Shown piece by piece: positions 11,313 through 21,800 of a stretch of 64,000 nucleotides of DNA. A program made the position numbers and the translations under genes. Source of the DNA: an uncultured Acidobacteriota bacterium (GTDB lineage: Bacteria > Acidobacteriota > Vicinamibacteria > Vicinamibacterales > UBA823); assembly GCA_913052135.1 (NCBI GenBank), contig CAJXDY010000005.1, positions 7,696 through 71,695 of the forward strand, read 5' to 3'. Within the stretch, counting starts at the first letter, position 1, and every line of letters begins with the position of its first letter. The notes beneath the pieces were generated by a model, which was given only the letters and a program-made list of their open reading frames with translations, had not been told where the DNA came from and searched no databases.

Positions 11313-14084
11313 TTATGCGCAACCACTGGTGGTACCGCAGTTATTGCATTTGTAACAACTGCCGCTGCGCACCATAATGGCGCCGCACATGGAACAGGGT
11401 GGTGCGTCCTCTTGATTCTGAATGGCTGCAAATGTTGTTGAGTGCTTCTCTGACTCAACGCTTAATTCATTAACCGGTGGTTCTAATTCGTCAGCCTTAA
11501 GCGCATCAGGCTTATCACTATTTACCCCAGCGTTAAATTGTGCTCCCGGCGAGAGAAACTTTGTGGCTAGCCATCTGAATATGTAATCCACAATCGACTT
11601 AGCAAATCTCACTTCTGGGTTCTTCGACATGCCAGAAGGCTCAAAACGTACATGACTGAATTTGTCGACAAGGACCTGCAGGGGCACGCCGTACTGCAAC
11701 GCATAAGAAACTGCTTGGGCAAAAGCATCGGCAAATCCTGAAATGGTCGATCCTTCCTTAGCCATTACGAGAAAAATTTCTCCTGGTGATTCATCTTCAA
11801 ATAGCCCGACGGTGATATAACCCTCGTGGCCTGCGATGTCGAACTTATGTGTAATGGCCTTACGTTCATCAGGCAGTCGACGACGTGCTGGTTGTCCGAC
11901 AAGCTGCTCAATACCATTAATTATCGTCTTTTGACCGTCACGCGATGTATTCAATGGCTGTGTTCGCTTGCTCCCGTCTCGATAGATCGATACCGCCTTA
12001 GTACCCAAACGCCAAGCATCAATATAAGCTTGCTGAATTTCCTCAACCGTTGCTTCCTTTGGAACATTAACCGTTTTCGAAATAGCACCTGAAATAAACG
12101 GCTGGGTCGCGCCAATCATTCGAATGTGGCCCATGTAGTCAATGGACCGATCACCACTTGCCGGTTTGAAGGCACAATCGAAGACAGGTAGATCTTTATC
12201 CTTGAGATGAGGTGCACCTTCAATGGTTTCATGTTCATCGATAAATGCACTGATCTCTTGAATCTGATCCTCTTCATACCCAAGTTTAGCTAAGGCCATT
12301 GGTACGGTTTGGTTTACTATTTTCATCATCCCACCACCAACGAGCTTCTTATACTTAACCAATGCAATATCTGGTTCGACACCGGTGGTATCACAGTCCA
12401 TCATGAATCCAATAGTCCCTGTCGGCGCCAACACAGTAGCTTGAGCGTTACGGTAACCGAACTCCTCTCCCAACTCGACAGCATCGTCCCACGCTTCTTT
12501 CGCTGCAGCATACAAACTACTCGAGACGTTGGTCCTATCAATATCCTTTAAGGAATTACGGTGCTTTCGCATTACTCTTGCGAATGGTTCGGCATTATCG
12601 GCGTATCCGGCAAACGGTCCGCCCTGATCTCTCGCGATGCGCGCAGACTGAGCATACGCTTCACCTGTCATGAGGGCCGTGATGGTCGCCGCGTAATCAC
12701 GACCAGCTTGACTATCGTAGGGCAATCCTCGCGCCATGAGTAACGCCCCGAGATTGGCATAACCTAAACCGAGTGGGCGATAGTCACGACTATTGCGCTC
12801 TATGGGCTTACTCGGATAGCTAGCATTATCAACAATAATTTCTTGCGCTGTAATTAACGTCCGCACGGCCGCACTAAAATCGCTAGCGGCGAAATCACCA
12901 CGCTCGTCCACAAACTTCATCAGATTTAGTGATGCCAGATTACATGCGGAATCATCTAAAAACATGTACTCCGAGCAGGGGTTCGACGCGTTAATACGCG
13001 CCGTATTGGGACAAGTATGCCAATCATTGACAGTCGTATCGAATTGCATACCTGGATCACCGCAGATGTGCGTAGCGCTGGCGATTTGACTCATCAGGTC
13101 TGACGCACGATACGTGTCCATAACACTGTTATCGCGAACAGCTCGAGTCTGCCATTCACCATCGTCAAGAACAGCCCGCATAAAACCATCCGTTACCCGA
13201 ACGCTATTGTTGGAATTCTGAAAAAACACTGAAGAGTACGCTGGCCCGGTAAACGAACCATCATAACCAGCGTCGATAAGCGCCCACGCCTTCCGCTCTT
13301 CGTCCACTTTGCAATTAATAAAAGTTTCAATGTCTGGGTGATCAGCATTCAAAATTACCATTTTGGCAGCACGTCGTGTTTTACCGCCAGACTTGATGAC
13401 ACCAGCGAAGGCATCATAACCCTTCATAAAGGAAACTGGACCTGAAGCCGTACCACCACCAGCCAGCACTTCCCGCGACGAGCGAATCGATGAAAGGTTT
13501 GAACCAGTTCCGGACCCAAACTTGAACAGCATCCCCTCAGTCTTCGCTAGGGTCAAAATGGACTCCATAGTGTCTTGGACTGAGTTAATGAAACATGCCG
13601 AGCACTGCGGAGCTTTCTCAAAACCACAATTAAACCAAACGGGGCTGTTAAAAGCGGCCTTCTGTTGAACCAATAAATACTTCAGATCGTCACTAAAGGC
13701 ATGCAAATCGTCTTCAGTCGCAAAGTAGCGCTTCACTCTAGCCCATTCTGTGATGGTGTCGACAACGCGACCAATGAGCTGCCTGACGCTATGTTCACGT
13801 TCTGGAGTTCCTAGCTCTCCCCGAAAATATTTCGACACCACAATGTTCGTCGCCTGTTGCGACCAAAACGTTGGTATCTCGACATCACGTTGTTCAAATA
13901 CAAGTTCACCATGTTCGTTTCCGATAGTTGCCGATCTTTGTTCCCACGCAATCTCATCGAAGGGATCAACGCTCTCGCGACTAAATACGCGTGGAAACTG
14001 AAGGCCTGATTGCGGCGTGTCTGATTGTCGCGCCGAAACCTGCGCATCATTAACGTCCGTTTGCTGCGCAGTTCCTCTATCCAT
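11313..14084 (-). CDS. nrdJ: Vitamin B12-dependent (class II) ribonucleotide reductase with C-terminal TSCPD-like and Zn-ribbon domains
   Basis: FNSPVWFN, CSACFI, GGKTRRAAKM, SNPCSEY (radical Cys), APTGTI, C-terminal CSMC...CNNC. Start placed at ATG 14084 with GGAGG RBS (ORF track: 14111). Confidence 0.96.
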   Translation of the reverse strand: MDRGTAQQTDVNDAQVSARQSDTPQSGLQFPRVFSRESVDPFDEIAWEQRSATIGNEHGELVFEQRDVEIPTFWSQQATNIVVSKYFRGELGTPEREHSVRQLIGRVVDTITEWARVKRYFATEDDLHAFSDDLKYLLVQQKAAFNSPVWFNCGFEKAPQCSACFINSVQDTMESILTLAKTEGMLFKFGSGTGSNLSSIRSSREVLAGGGTASGPVSFMKGYDAFAGVIKSGGKTRRAAKMVILNADHPDIETFINCKVDEERKAWALIDAGYDGSFTGPAYSSVFFQNSNNSVRVTDGFMRAVLDDGEWQTRAVRDNSVMDTYRASDLMSQIASATHICGDPGMQFDTTVNDWHTCPNTARINASNPCSEYMFLDDSACNLASLNLMKFVDERGDFAASDFSAAVRTLITAQEIIVDNASYPSKPIERNSRDYRPLGLGYANLGALLMARGLPYDSQAGRDYAATITALMTGEAYAQSARIARDQGGPFAGYADNAEPFARVMRKHRNSLKDIDRTNVSSSLYAAAKEAWDDAVELGEEFGYRNAQATVLAPTGTIGFMMDCDTTGVEPDIALVKYKKLVGGGMMKIVNQTVPMALAKLGYEEDQIQEISAFIDEHETIEGAPHLKDKDLPVFDCAFKPASGDRSIDYMGHIRMIGATQPFISGAISKTVNVPKEATVEEIQQAYIDAWRLGTKAVSIYRDGSKRTQPLNTSRDGQKTIINGIEQLVGQPARRRLPDERKAITHKFDIAGHEGYITVGLFEDESPGEIFLVMAKEGSTISGFADAFAQAVSYALQYGVPLQVLVDKFSHVRFEPSGMSKNPEVRFAKSIVDYIFRWLATKFLSPGAQFNAGVNSDKPDALKADELEPPVNELSVESEKHSTTFAAIQNQEDAPPCSMCGAIMVRSGSCYKCNNCGTTSGCA

Positions 14085-14245
14085 AACTGGCCTCCAAATA
14101 CTAAAGACCACCTCGCCCCAAAGGTCGGTCTAGATCTAATTTAAGAAATACTTATCTCGAACTTCTACTACTCAATTTATGCCTTCACAGCCGAGTCGAG
14201 AACCTGGGATTCTCTCGGTGAGGCTGATCAGCCCTCAGGCGGTCA

Positions 14246-14274
14246 ACTATGTGTCCTGTCTATCGGTTTGTCAA
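14246..14274 (-). promoter_or_regulatory. Sigma70-type promoter for nrdJ
   Basis: Minus strand TTGACA (14274-14269), 17-nt spacer, CATAGT (14251-14246). Confidence 0.65.
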
Positions 14275-14282
14275 GATAGAAA

Positions 14283-14330
14283 CTACTAGATATGGTGTCA
14301 TCTTTTAAGGGCAAGCGCTAGATGTTGATA
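14283..14330. promoter_or_regulatory. Tandem NrdR boxes
   Basis: 16-mers CTACTAGATATGGTGT (14283-14298) and GCGCTAGATGTTGATA (14315-14330) resemble the NrdR consensus acaCwAtATaTwGtgt. They are 32 bp apart, the typical tandem spacing, and lie directly upstream of nrdJ. Confidence 0.8.
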
Positions 14331-14443
14331 AAATAGCCATTTTTGAGGTTTCTTTTGCCACCATCCTATGGCTTTATTTTCTGATTATAAGTTTTCGGCT
14401 CACCAAGCTACGTTCCATGAAATCGCTATGATAAAGTCCTGCC

Positions 14444-15235
14444 GTGCTGACTGACAAGGACTCCCCTTCAAGCAAGTTTACCTTATCCAAAAACCAGCAA
14501 GGGTCCATTGGAGACCCACGCATTGTTGGCCACGAATCCTCTCATCTGACCAAACGTTTCAGAGCACTATGCGAGGTGATCCTCTGTTCGGGTTTTCCCA
14601 CACAGTTACTACTCGTTCAAGTAATGACGGCGATCGGACTTCAACCGTTCGAAACAGATGGCAGTCTTGCAATGAACTACGTCGTGGTATTGTCGCTAGC
14701 CGATGCAGTCGTACTAACAACGTTAATCCTGTGGTTGCTAGCACTTCATGGGGAAAGCCCTCGCAATCTCTTCCTAGGTTCACGAGGAATCGTACAGGAA
14801 TTCAAGTTCAGCCTCCTGCTTATCCCACTTGTATTATTCCTTGTAGTCGCTGCTTCAGTCAGCTTCCAACACTTCGCACCGTGGCTTCATAACGTGCCGG
14901 AAAACCCTTTCGAACCTTTAATTCAAACGACCGCAGACGCTTCCATCTTCGCGCTCGTAGCCGTCATAGCAGGCGGTGTACGCGAGGAGATCCAGCGGGC
15001 GTTCATCCTTTATCGTTTCGAGCGGTATCTGGGAGGAAGCGCTACAGGCGTTATCCTTTTTAGTTTAGTTTTTGGAGCAGGGCATCTAATGCAAGGATGG
15101 GACGCCGCAATCATCACAACTCTACTTGGTGCACTGTGGAGTATCGTCTATCTTATACGACGAAGCGTTATCGCCCCGATTGTTAGCCACGCTTCCTTTA
15201 ACCTCATCCAGATTATCCATCACCTGATTAGTTGA
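14444..15235 (+). CDS. CPBP/Abi (CAAX protease-like) intramembrane metalloprotease
   Basis: EE motif (GGVREEIQRAF), FGAGHLMQG, SHASFN; multi-TM. Confidence 0.88.
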   Translation: MLTDKDSPSSKFTLSKNQQGSIGDPRIVGHESSHLTKRFRALCEVILCSGFPTQLLLVQVMTAIGLQPFETDGSLAMNYVVVLSLADAVVLTTLILWLLALHGESPRNLFLGSRGIVQEFKFSLLLIPLVLFLVVAASVSFQHFAPWLHNVPENPFEPLIQTTADASIFALVAVIAGGVREEIQRAFILYRFERYLGGSATGVILFSLVFGAGHLMQGWDAAIITTLLGALWSIVYLIRRSVIAPIVSHASFNLIQIIHHLIS

Positions 15236-15247
15236 GTAACTCGTTGG

Positions 15248-15898
15248 TTACGGCACGTAAACTATCTCCACACTCTCGCGCAATCGCGCAATCCAATTTT
15301 CAATAATAACTTGCCGCCGCTCTTCCAAGAGATCGTTTCGGACGAGTTCACGTGCGTCATTAAATGGGAGTCTTGAACCATAATGGATGTATAAATCCTC
15401 ATTCTCTTTGTGGTATTGGACTAGTTCTGCATTAGTCGGCTCTGCGGTCGACGTAAAACGCTGCCGGAGATAACCCTCGATCCGCAAGTCATTACGAATA
15501 AGTCGATAGAGGCGTTCCTCGGTCATACCGACAGATTTCCACGCTGTTTCAAAAGACTTTACTGTTGAATGGTGCTCTTTCAGTTCATCAACCCGACGCT
15601 GAATCGAAGTTTGACGCGGTTCTGAGACAAGAAATCGATCAACTTCAACCAAGATGAGAATTCTGTTGATCAAACGGGAGGTCACCTGAGTCTCAGAGCC
15701 TTCGTTGGAGCCCATCGCTAAAACTCCTAACTCGGTTACGGCTCGAACATCGGACAACATGATTAATTGGCGGTCTACTGTAGCAACAACCTTATCGATA
15801 ATATCTTGCTTTGCGGACCCAGCCGTCAAAACAAAGAATAGCAACACGCAGAAAGCGCGTTGATATACCGGCCGGAGATACTTAGCAGCACCTAGCAT
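15248..15898 (-). CDS. SurA N-terminal-domain-like periplasmic chaperone (no clear parvulin domain)
   Basis: Signal peptide, IDKVVATVDRQLIMLSDV, C-terminal WIARLRESVEI, as in SurA N/C regions. Confidence 0.75.
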   Translation of the reverse strand: MLGAAKYLRPVYQRAFCVLLFFVLTAGSAKQDIIDKVVATVDRQLIMLSDVRAVTELGVLAMGSNEGSETQVTSRLINRILILVEVDRFLVSEPRQTSIQRRVDELKEHHSTVKSFETAWKSVGMTEERLYRLIRNDLRIEGYLRQRFTSTAEPTNAELVQYHKENEDLYIHYGSRLPFNDARELVRNDLLEERRQVIIENWIARLRESVEIVYVP

Positions 15899-15931
15899 TT
15901 ACACCACCACATACACTCATGCGGCCACATA

Positions 15932-18892
15932 TCAAAACGCCTGACCGATGCTTACGTGCAACGCCATACGTCCTTCCTTCCGATTGCCGAATTGACGTCG
16001 ATCTAATTTAAAACCTACGTCAACACGGATCGGTCCGATTGGTGATCGGTACCGCACACCAAACCCAGCACCGCCTCGGATCCGATTTACTGCCATATCG
16101 TTAACTGCCCGGAATACATTACCAAGGTCTAGAAAAGCAACTGCACCGATAGGACCTCTAATCGGAAAACGGATTTCGTTATTAATGATAAACAACCCGT
16201 TGCCACCTTGAGGAAATCCATCTTGGTCAATAGTTGAACCGTCACCGAGACGGTCTAGTGCGAATCCACGAACTGTTGTCGACCCTCCAGCAAAAAATCG
16301 TTCGCTCACAGGAAGATTCTGAACGACCATCTCTGTTGCTTGACCACCAGCTTTAATTTCCACAATACTCCGACTAAAACCTCTAGCGAACCCAAGCCGA
16401 AGTCCTGTTGCAAATACAACACCAGCCGACCTTGGTAAGCCTCGGTACAGAAACCCCTGCATCAACACCTTCGCAAAACCGACCTCGGACCCGATACGTC
16501 GACCGGCACTCTTCACCTCAAAACTTATTAACGAGCCCCGGGTTGGCTCGAATGGATCATTGCGACTATCGCGCAGCGCAGTGCCGGAAAAAGCGGACAG
16601 ACCGATTTGAGGAAACAGCCTGTCAATCAGCGGTTGATCGCTTTGATTAAAACGCTCATCAAATAAAGTATTCTGATTGAAAGAATATCCACCGCTCAGG
16701 ATCGCACCGGAACCGAACGACTGACGCCACTCTACATTTATCCCCTGTTGCTTAAGATTGAAACTCGATCGGATAGATTGATCAACAAAAGCCGACACAA
16801 CTAGTTCGCCACTCGTCTCGAACACACGTGGTTCGCGGAATGTGAATAGTGCGCGATATTCGTTGAAACCGTATCCTCCAGACTTCCCTTTGCCACCTTG
16901 GTCGTCGTTCGGGCGAAGACTGACACGCGCAAATAAATTGACTGAGCGGTTTTTTCCCCACAAGTTTCGTCGTCCAATCTCAACAAATCCACGGGGCGCA
17001 AACTCAAACCGCTCAATCGCACTAGCGCTGGTTTGACTCTCTCGCTGTAATCTTGTTCCAGCTTCAAATCCTCCGCCATAACTCAACAACGTGGCGGGCA
17101 CCTCTTCTACCATTACCAGCACGTCGCGACGGGTATCACTATGATGATTAAATTCTGCGAAGCGGATCCGTTTGAACATGCCTAATAAATTCAGGCGCTG
17201 CTGACCTTCAGCTAACCGCTCCCGACTGAGTGCCTCGCCAGATTGGAAACCCAAAGTGCGCTTTATGGTTTCAATGCTCACTCTGGAATGGCCACTGACA
17301 AGTACATGGTGGACGACAGCTTGAACGCCTGGATCGATAATAAAGCGTAGATCGACTTTCGTAAAATCTTCTGAAAAAGCCATGTCAACTTGCACAGAAG
17401 CATGATCATAGCCTTGGCTGAGCAGGTAATTAAGTATCCGATCCCGGTCTCCAAAAACCCTGCTTTGTGCGTATGGATTAGCAACTTTGGACTCTAGAAG
17501 CTCTAACAATAGGTCAGTTTCTTCACCTGGGGCTTTTTCTAGCGTTACCGACTGAACAATGACACGCAGACCTTCACTAATCGTCAGGCGAGGGGTAACG
17601 AGCCGTGAATTTACAAACGGATGTTCAGAAGCTAATAAGGCGTTAACAATTTCTTTTTTGACAGAAACTTGCGAGTGTCCAGCCAGCCGGTAAGTCGCGA
17701 TGATAGTAGCCACGCTGTCATCAAAGGAAGCTTCAACAAAAACATCCTCAGCACGCATATCCATGATTTCTAGGATCACGTTGTCGGACAGCATCTGGTT
17801 CCCGATAATCTCTGGATTGGTTATCTTGTAAATTTGGCCGGGCGAAACGTGAAAGACGATTCTTAACTCTTCGTCATTTTCTTGTAAACTATAGCTGGCT
17901 TCAACACGAGAGTAACCTAACCGACGAAAATGTGTCCTGATTCGATCGATGGAATCGTCAAGTAAATCCAGATCTATAGATCCTTCTCGCGCTATAGGCA
18001 CCAAAGCCTCTTGTTCTTCTGGTGATAGGACTTCGTTATCGAACTGCACCAACACAAACGGACCTGGGTTCGCATGAATCGTCAAATTAATTGATGTGTT
18101 ATTCAGATTGGTGGTAATGCTGTGGTTGACTTCAGCCTCGTAATACCCTCTTTCCTTCAAGGAGTCACCGTACACACTCAAACGACGACGGATCGCCAAG
18201 CGGTCATAAGGCATTCCTACATGCAGTCCAAGTTGCGTAAGCAACTGGTTTGTCGACTCCAATGTTCTACCAGTGACCTTAAGTGAGCTTACATTTGCGC
18301 GCACTCCGGCCTCAATTTCAAAATTCAGTATGACCCGACCTGACTCTTCATCGATACTCGTAACAGCATCAATACGAGGGTTCATAAACCCGTTGTCACG
18401 ATATAAAGACTCGAGTAACCCCGTAGCCTCGGCGGTTTGAGTAAGCGTGAGAGATTCACCATAGCGTTCACGAACGAGCTGACCAAGACGCCTTCGTGGC
18501 AAACCAAGCACACCTTTAAATTCAATTTTTGTGACCGTGCGTTTCGGGACAACTACATACCTTAACGCAACGCCATTTTGCTGCTCGTTAGCTTCCGCAC
18601 GAACATCCTCGAATTGGCCAATCGTGAAAAGATGAAAAATGCTGTCTCGAACTTGTTCGATCAACAGTGGATCCCCAACACGCGTAACGATTGCCTCTTG
18701 AAGATCTTTAACTGTTGTTTGAGACGAAGTGCCCACGATCTCAATGGATATGATCTGGCGATCAAGGTACGTCATGAGAGGAGCGGCCAGTAATGGATAG
18801 GCCTCAAACAACAGGAGTGTAAACACCACCATCAAGCAGCCACCAACACCACGTGTCGAATAGCTCCGCTCCACACGAATCCCCGCCCGCAT
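15932..18892 (-). CDS. Omp85 (BamA/TamA family) outer membrane protein with an extended POTRA region
   Basis: ERFFAGGSTTVRGF, GFGVRYRSPIGPIRVD, C-terminal SIGQAF; many POTRA-like repeats. Start placed at ATG 18892, overlapping the tamB stop (TGATG); ORF track gives 18958. Confidence 0.9.
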   Translation of the reverse strand: MRAGIRVERSYSTRGVGGCLMVVFTLLLFEAYPLLAAPLMTYLDRQIISIEIVGTSSQTTVKDLQEAIVTRVGDPLLIEQVRDSIFHLFTIGQFEDVRAEANEQQNGVALRYVVVPKRTVTKIEFKGVLGLPRRRLGQLVRERYGESLTLTQTAEATGLLESLYRDNGFMNPRIDAVTSIDEESGRVILNFEIEAGVRANVSSLKVTGRTLESTNQLLTQLGLHVGMPYDRLAIRRRLSVYGDSLKERGYYEAEVNHSITTNLNNTSINLTIHANPGPFVLVQFDNEVLSPEEQEALVPIAREGSIDLDLLDDSIDRIRTHFRRLGYSRVEASYSLQENDEELRIVFHVSPGQIYKITNPEIIGNQMLSDNVILEIMDMRAEDVFVEASFDDSVATIIATYRLAGHSQVSVKKEIVNALLASEHPFVNSRLVTPRLTISEGLRVIVQSVTLEKAPGEETDLLLELLESKVANPYAQSRVFGDRDRILNYLLSQGYDHASVQVDMAFSEDFTKVDLRFIIDPGVQAVVHHVLVSGHSRVSIETIKRTLGFQSGEALSRERLAEGQQRLNLLGMFKRIRFAEFNHHSDTRRDVLVMVEEVPATLLSYGGGFEAGTRLQRESQTSASAIERFEFAPRGFVEIGRRNLWGKNRSVNLFARVSLRPNDDQGGKGKSGGYGFNEYRALFTFREPRVFETSGELVVSAFVDQSIRSSFNLKQQGINVEWRQSFGSGAILSGGYSFNQNTLFDERFNQSDQPLIDRLFPQIGLSAFSGTALRDSRNDPFEPTRGSLISFEVKSAGRRIGSEVGFAKVLMQGFLYRGLPRSAGVVFATGLRLGFARGFSRSIVEIKAGGQATEMVVQNLPVSERFFAGGSTTVRGFALDRLGDGSTIDQDGFPQGGNGLFIINNEIRFPIRGPIGAVAFLDLGNVFRAVNDMAVNRIRGGAGFGVRYRSPIGPIRVDVGFKLDRRQFGNRKEGRMALHVSIGQAF

Positions 18893-21800
18893 CAGAAAGC
18901 GTGCCTTACACGAAAGTCGAGTGCGTAAGTTCGATCCTCGTTTTGAGAGAGAACCCATGAAAGTTGCTCGCTTTGATCGTACTCAAGCAGGACAAGCAAA
19001 TCCTGTTCGGTCCCGGTCAGAGTTCGTGAGAGAGTCGCGTAAATGCGATCAGATACACGCTTGCCAATAGTTAACCTGGCTGCTGGTCTAAGCTCGGCTG
19101 TCTCGCGCCGGACGGCATCGGAAAGCGAAGGCGTGATCTCAAACGAATCGACGCCCAACGAACTCTCTAAAACCCTCCCAAACCCAGAGGAAAGTTGATC
19201 GGTAACCAGTTGTGCCGCACGCGCTTGGAGTAATTGTTTCTCAGTCTCATCAGCTGTCCGAATAGCCCGCAACTCGCCCTCAGCAGGATCTCTTACATTA
19301 CCGAGCAGCAAAGACAGAATATCGCTTGACGGTAACGGAGGGTCTGAGCTCAACGTCGGTACGAACCGGTCAGTAGTACCAGCGACGTGGAAAACCACAC
19401 GGTAAATCTCACCCGGCACGCGCACACTTGTCTCAGCTTCTACATCGAAGAATGGATTGATTTCACGAGGATTCGTGAAATCCATGCTGCCTCGGGTTAC
19501 TACATACCGATTCCCCTCAAAGAATACCTCCCCGCGGTCAATCTCCATAAAACCAAATAACTGAGGAGCAATAGGCGTACCTCGAAGTGTAAGCTCCCCA
19601 CTCGATACGATTCGCGTATTCCGGTCGTTAATACGTAGGGTGCCTGGCACATTCACGCGGATATCAAAATTTAAAGGTAAAGCTGATGCATCAGCAGAGG
19701 GCGCTCCAGCAACTGCAGCGTCCTGATTCAAAATATCAAACAAGCCTGCATTCGTTTCCAATGTTCTGACCCATCTTGCGTCATTCACCTCAACCACACC
19801 TGATAACACCGGATTCTCAACGGGACCCTGAAGAACTAGATTGGCGTCAACAGTAGAACGAAATTCTTCCGGATATCGCAACTGTATATCATCACCTACA
19901 GCCAACATGCTGAATTCATCTAGACGATATCCGTCTAGACTAATGGACCCACCAAACTGCACATCGCCACCACCTAAAGTCGCCGTTAAATCATCCATAC
20001 GTACATTGCCGTTGTCGAATGTAACACGACCGTTTACCTGTTCGAAGGAATGCGGCAGAGAGGAATGTCGCAAACGACCATCAGTAATCTCAAGAGAGCC
20101 TGACAGTACTGGTGCCTCAATCAGACCTCGAATCTCAGTAACAATCTCAGCGTTCCCTGCACTGCGAATGTCACTAAAAAACCCTTGTAGAATCGCCAAG
20201 TTCGCATTGCCAGTGACCAGCAACCCAAAACGATCTTCACCCAATCTCACTTCGCCACTGACAGTCAATTCCGTATCTTCCCCTTCGAGCTGCATCTTCG
20301 AGACTTGCACCACCTCTTGATCCAAAATAATTTGGATTAAATCGCTATTACGAACTTCGTAATCGTACAGAACTAACTGCAGTTGCTCAATGCTGGCAGT
20401 AACATTGAGCTTCGCAAGATTACTCAGTGGACCAAGCACCCTAAGCGCCCCGCTGCCAGCCGTATCCGCAAACGGAAGAAATCGTGGCGCGAAAGCCCGC
20501 AAGAAAGGATCGAGTGAAGTGTCTGTAAATCGTATGGTCAATTCCGCATCAGCTTCCGGAGTAATGGCCACTTGTCCCGAGGCCGACACCGCCATGAGGG
20601 GTGACGCAACCTCCAGCTCGACAGATGCCTGCTCGTTTCGTACGCCAACACGACCAGTCATCGGGCCAATTGTTTCACCACGTATCAACAACGTATCAAT
20701 GCGACCTTGTACGTCGTAAATTGGCCAATCAAAACTACCCGAACCACCGGCCGTAAACTGGAGTAACCCGTCCAATGGAAGTTCTGGCATTGAGACGGCG
20801 GCCACTAGGCCTACGGGAATCCGACGGCCGTCCGCGTTGAATGTGTAAGTGCCACCCCAGTCAACGTATGCGGCACCAGTGATCAAGCCTTCACGTTTAC
20901 GAATTTCAATGCCATCCAAACGCACACCACCGCCCTCATAACGGAGCAGGGCCGTCGCTGATTCAAACGGCTCACCGTAGGCAATCACCTCTCGTACTGT
21001 CGGTCGTGCAAATCCAAACGGTGCAATGTACTCGCCGTATAAGTGAAAGTCTCCTGTGATTAACCCTTCAACCGGATACTCCAATTGATCGAATGCAGTC
21101 CTGAGATCTAAAACCGGCCATTGTTCTGCATTAAAGCGACCATTAAACTCTTCATCTCCATCAGTTCTCGGATAATCAAACGTGAAACGGCCATCGATCA
21201 ACATTTGAGAGAATCCTTTTGTGAGAATACTCTCTGGAACAGTCGCATACCCGTTCTCGATGGTTGCTTCACCTTCCCAAGCACCCCACATTACATCCCA
21301 CGCCCGTGGTTCAGCCTCGAATCGACCTTTCACACTTGGATCGATTAATTCGCCGGTTAGTTCTCCATCAAATGTCCCACTTCCTCCGATTTCCACCACC
21401 TGAGTGGGTCGCTCAAAGACTGTCATCAAGCCAGCTAAAACACGATGGCTTTCCTGCAAATTACTACTGGTCATGTGAAATGGAAGACGAGAATCTGAAC
21501 CATAGGCTGTCTGACCCTCGAAGGATAGAAATGTGTGAGGAGTGGCTAGTTGGCTACCAGACGCTACATCGATCACACCAGAGCCGAGAGAATAATCAAT
21601 CACTCCCCCAAGTGCCAGGCGCCCCTCTAGGACGTTCTTGACGGTCGATGTATTAACAATTGTGCCCCTTGGCGAGCGTCGCTCTTGAAGCGTGATGAGA
21701 TCGGGTGGTGACACTTCGATGCGACCAGCTCCTTCCCGATCAACGAAGCTATCGCGTGGCCAAGACATCTTATTCCAACCGGTAGCTCGTCCTGCAAGCG

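Noticed and set aside
14085-14245. Cobalamin riboswitch upstream of nrdJ
   Set aside because: The conserved elements (GGGAA...GGTG, GCCCCCGC, GCCACTG B12 box) are not visible.
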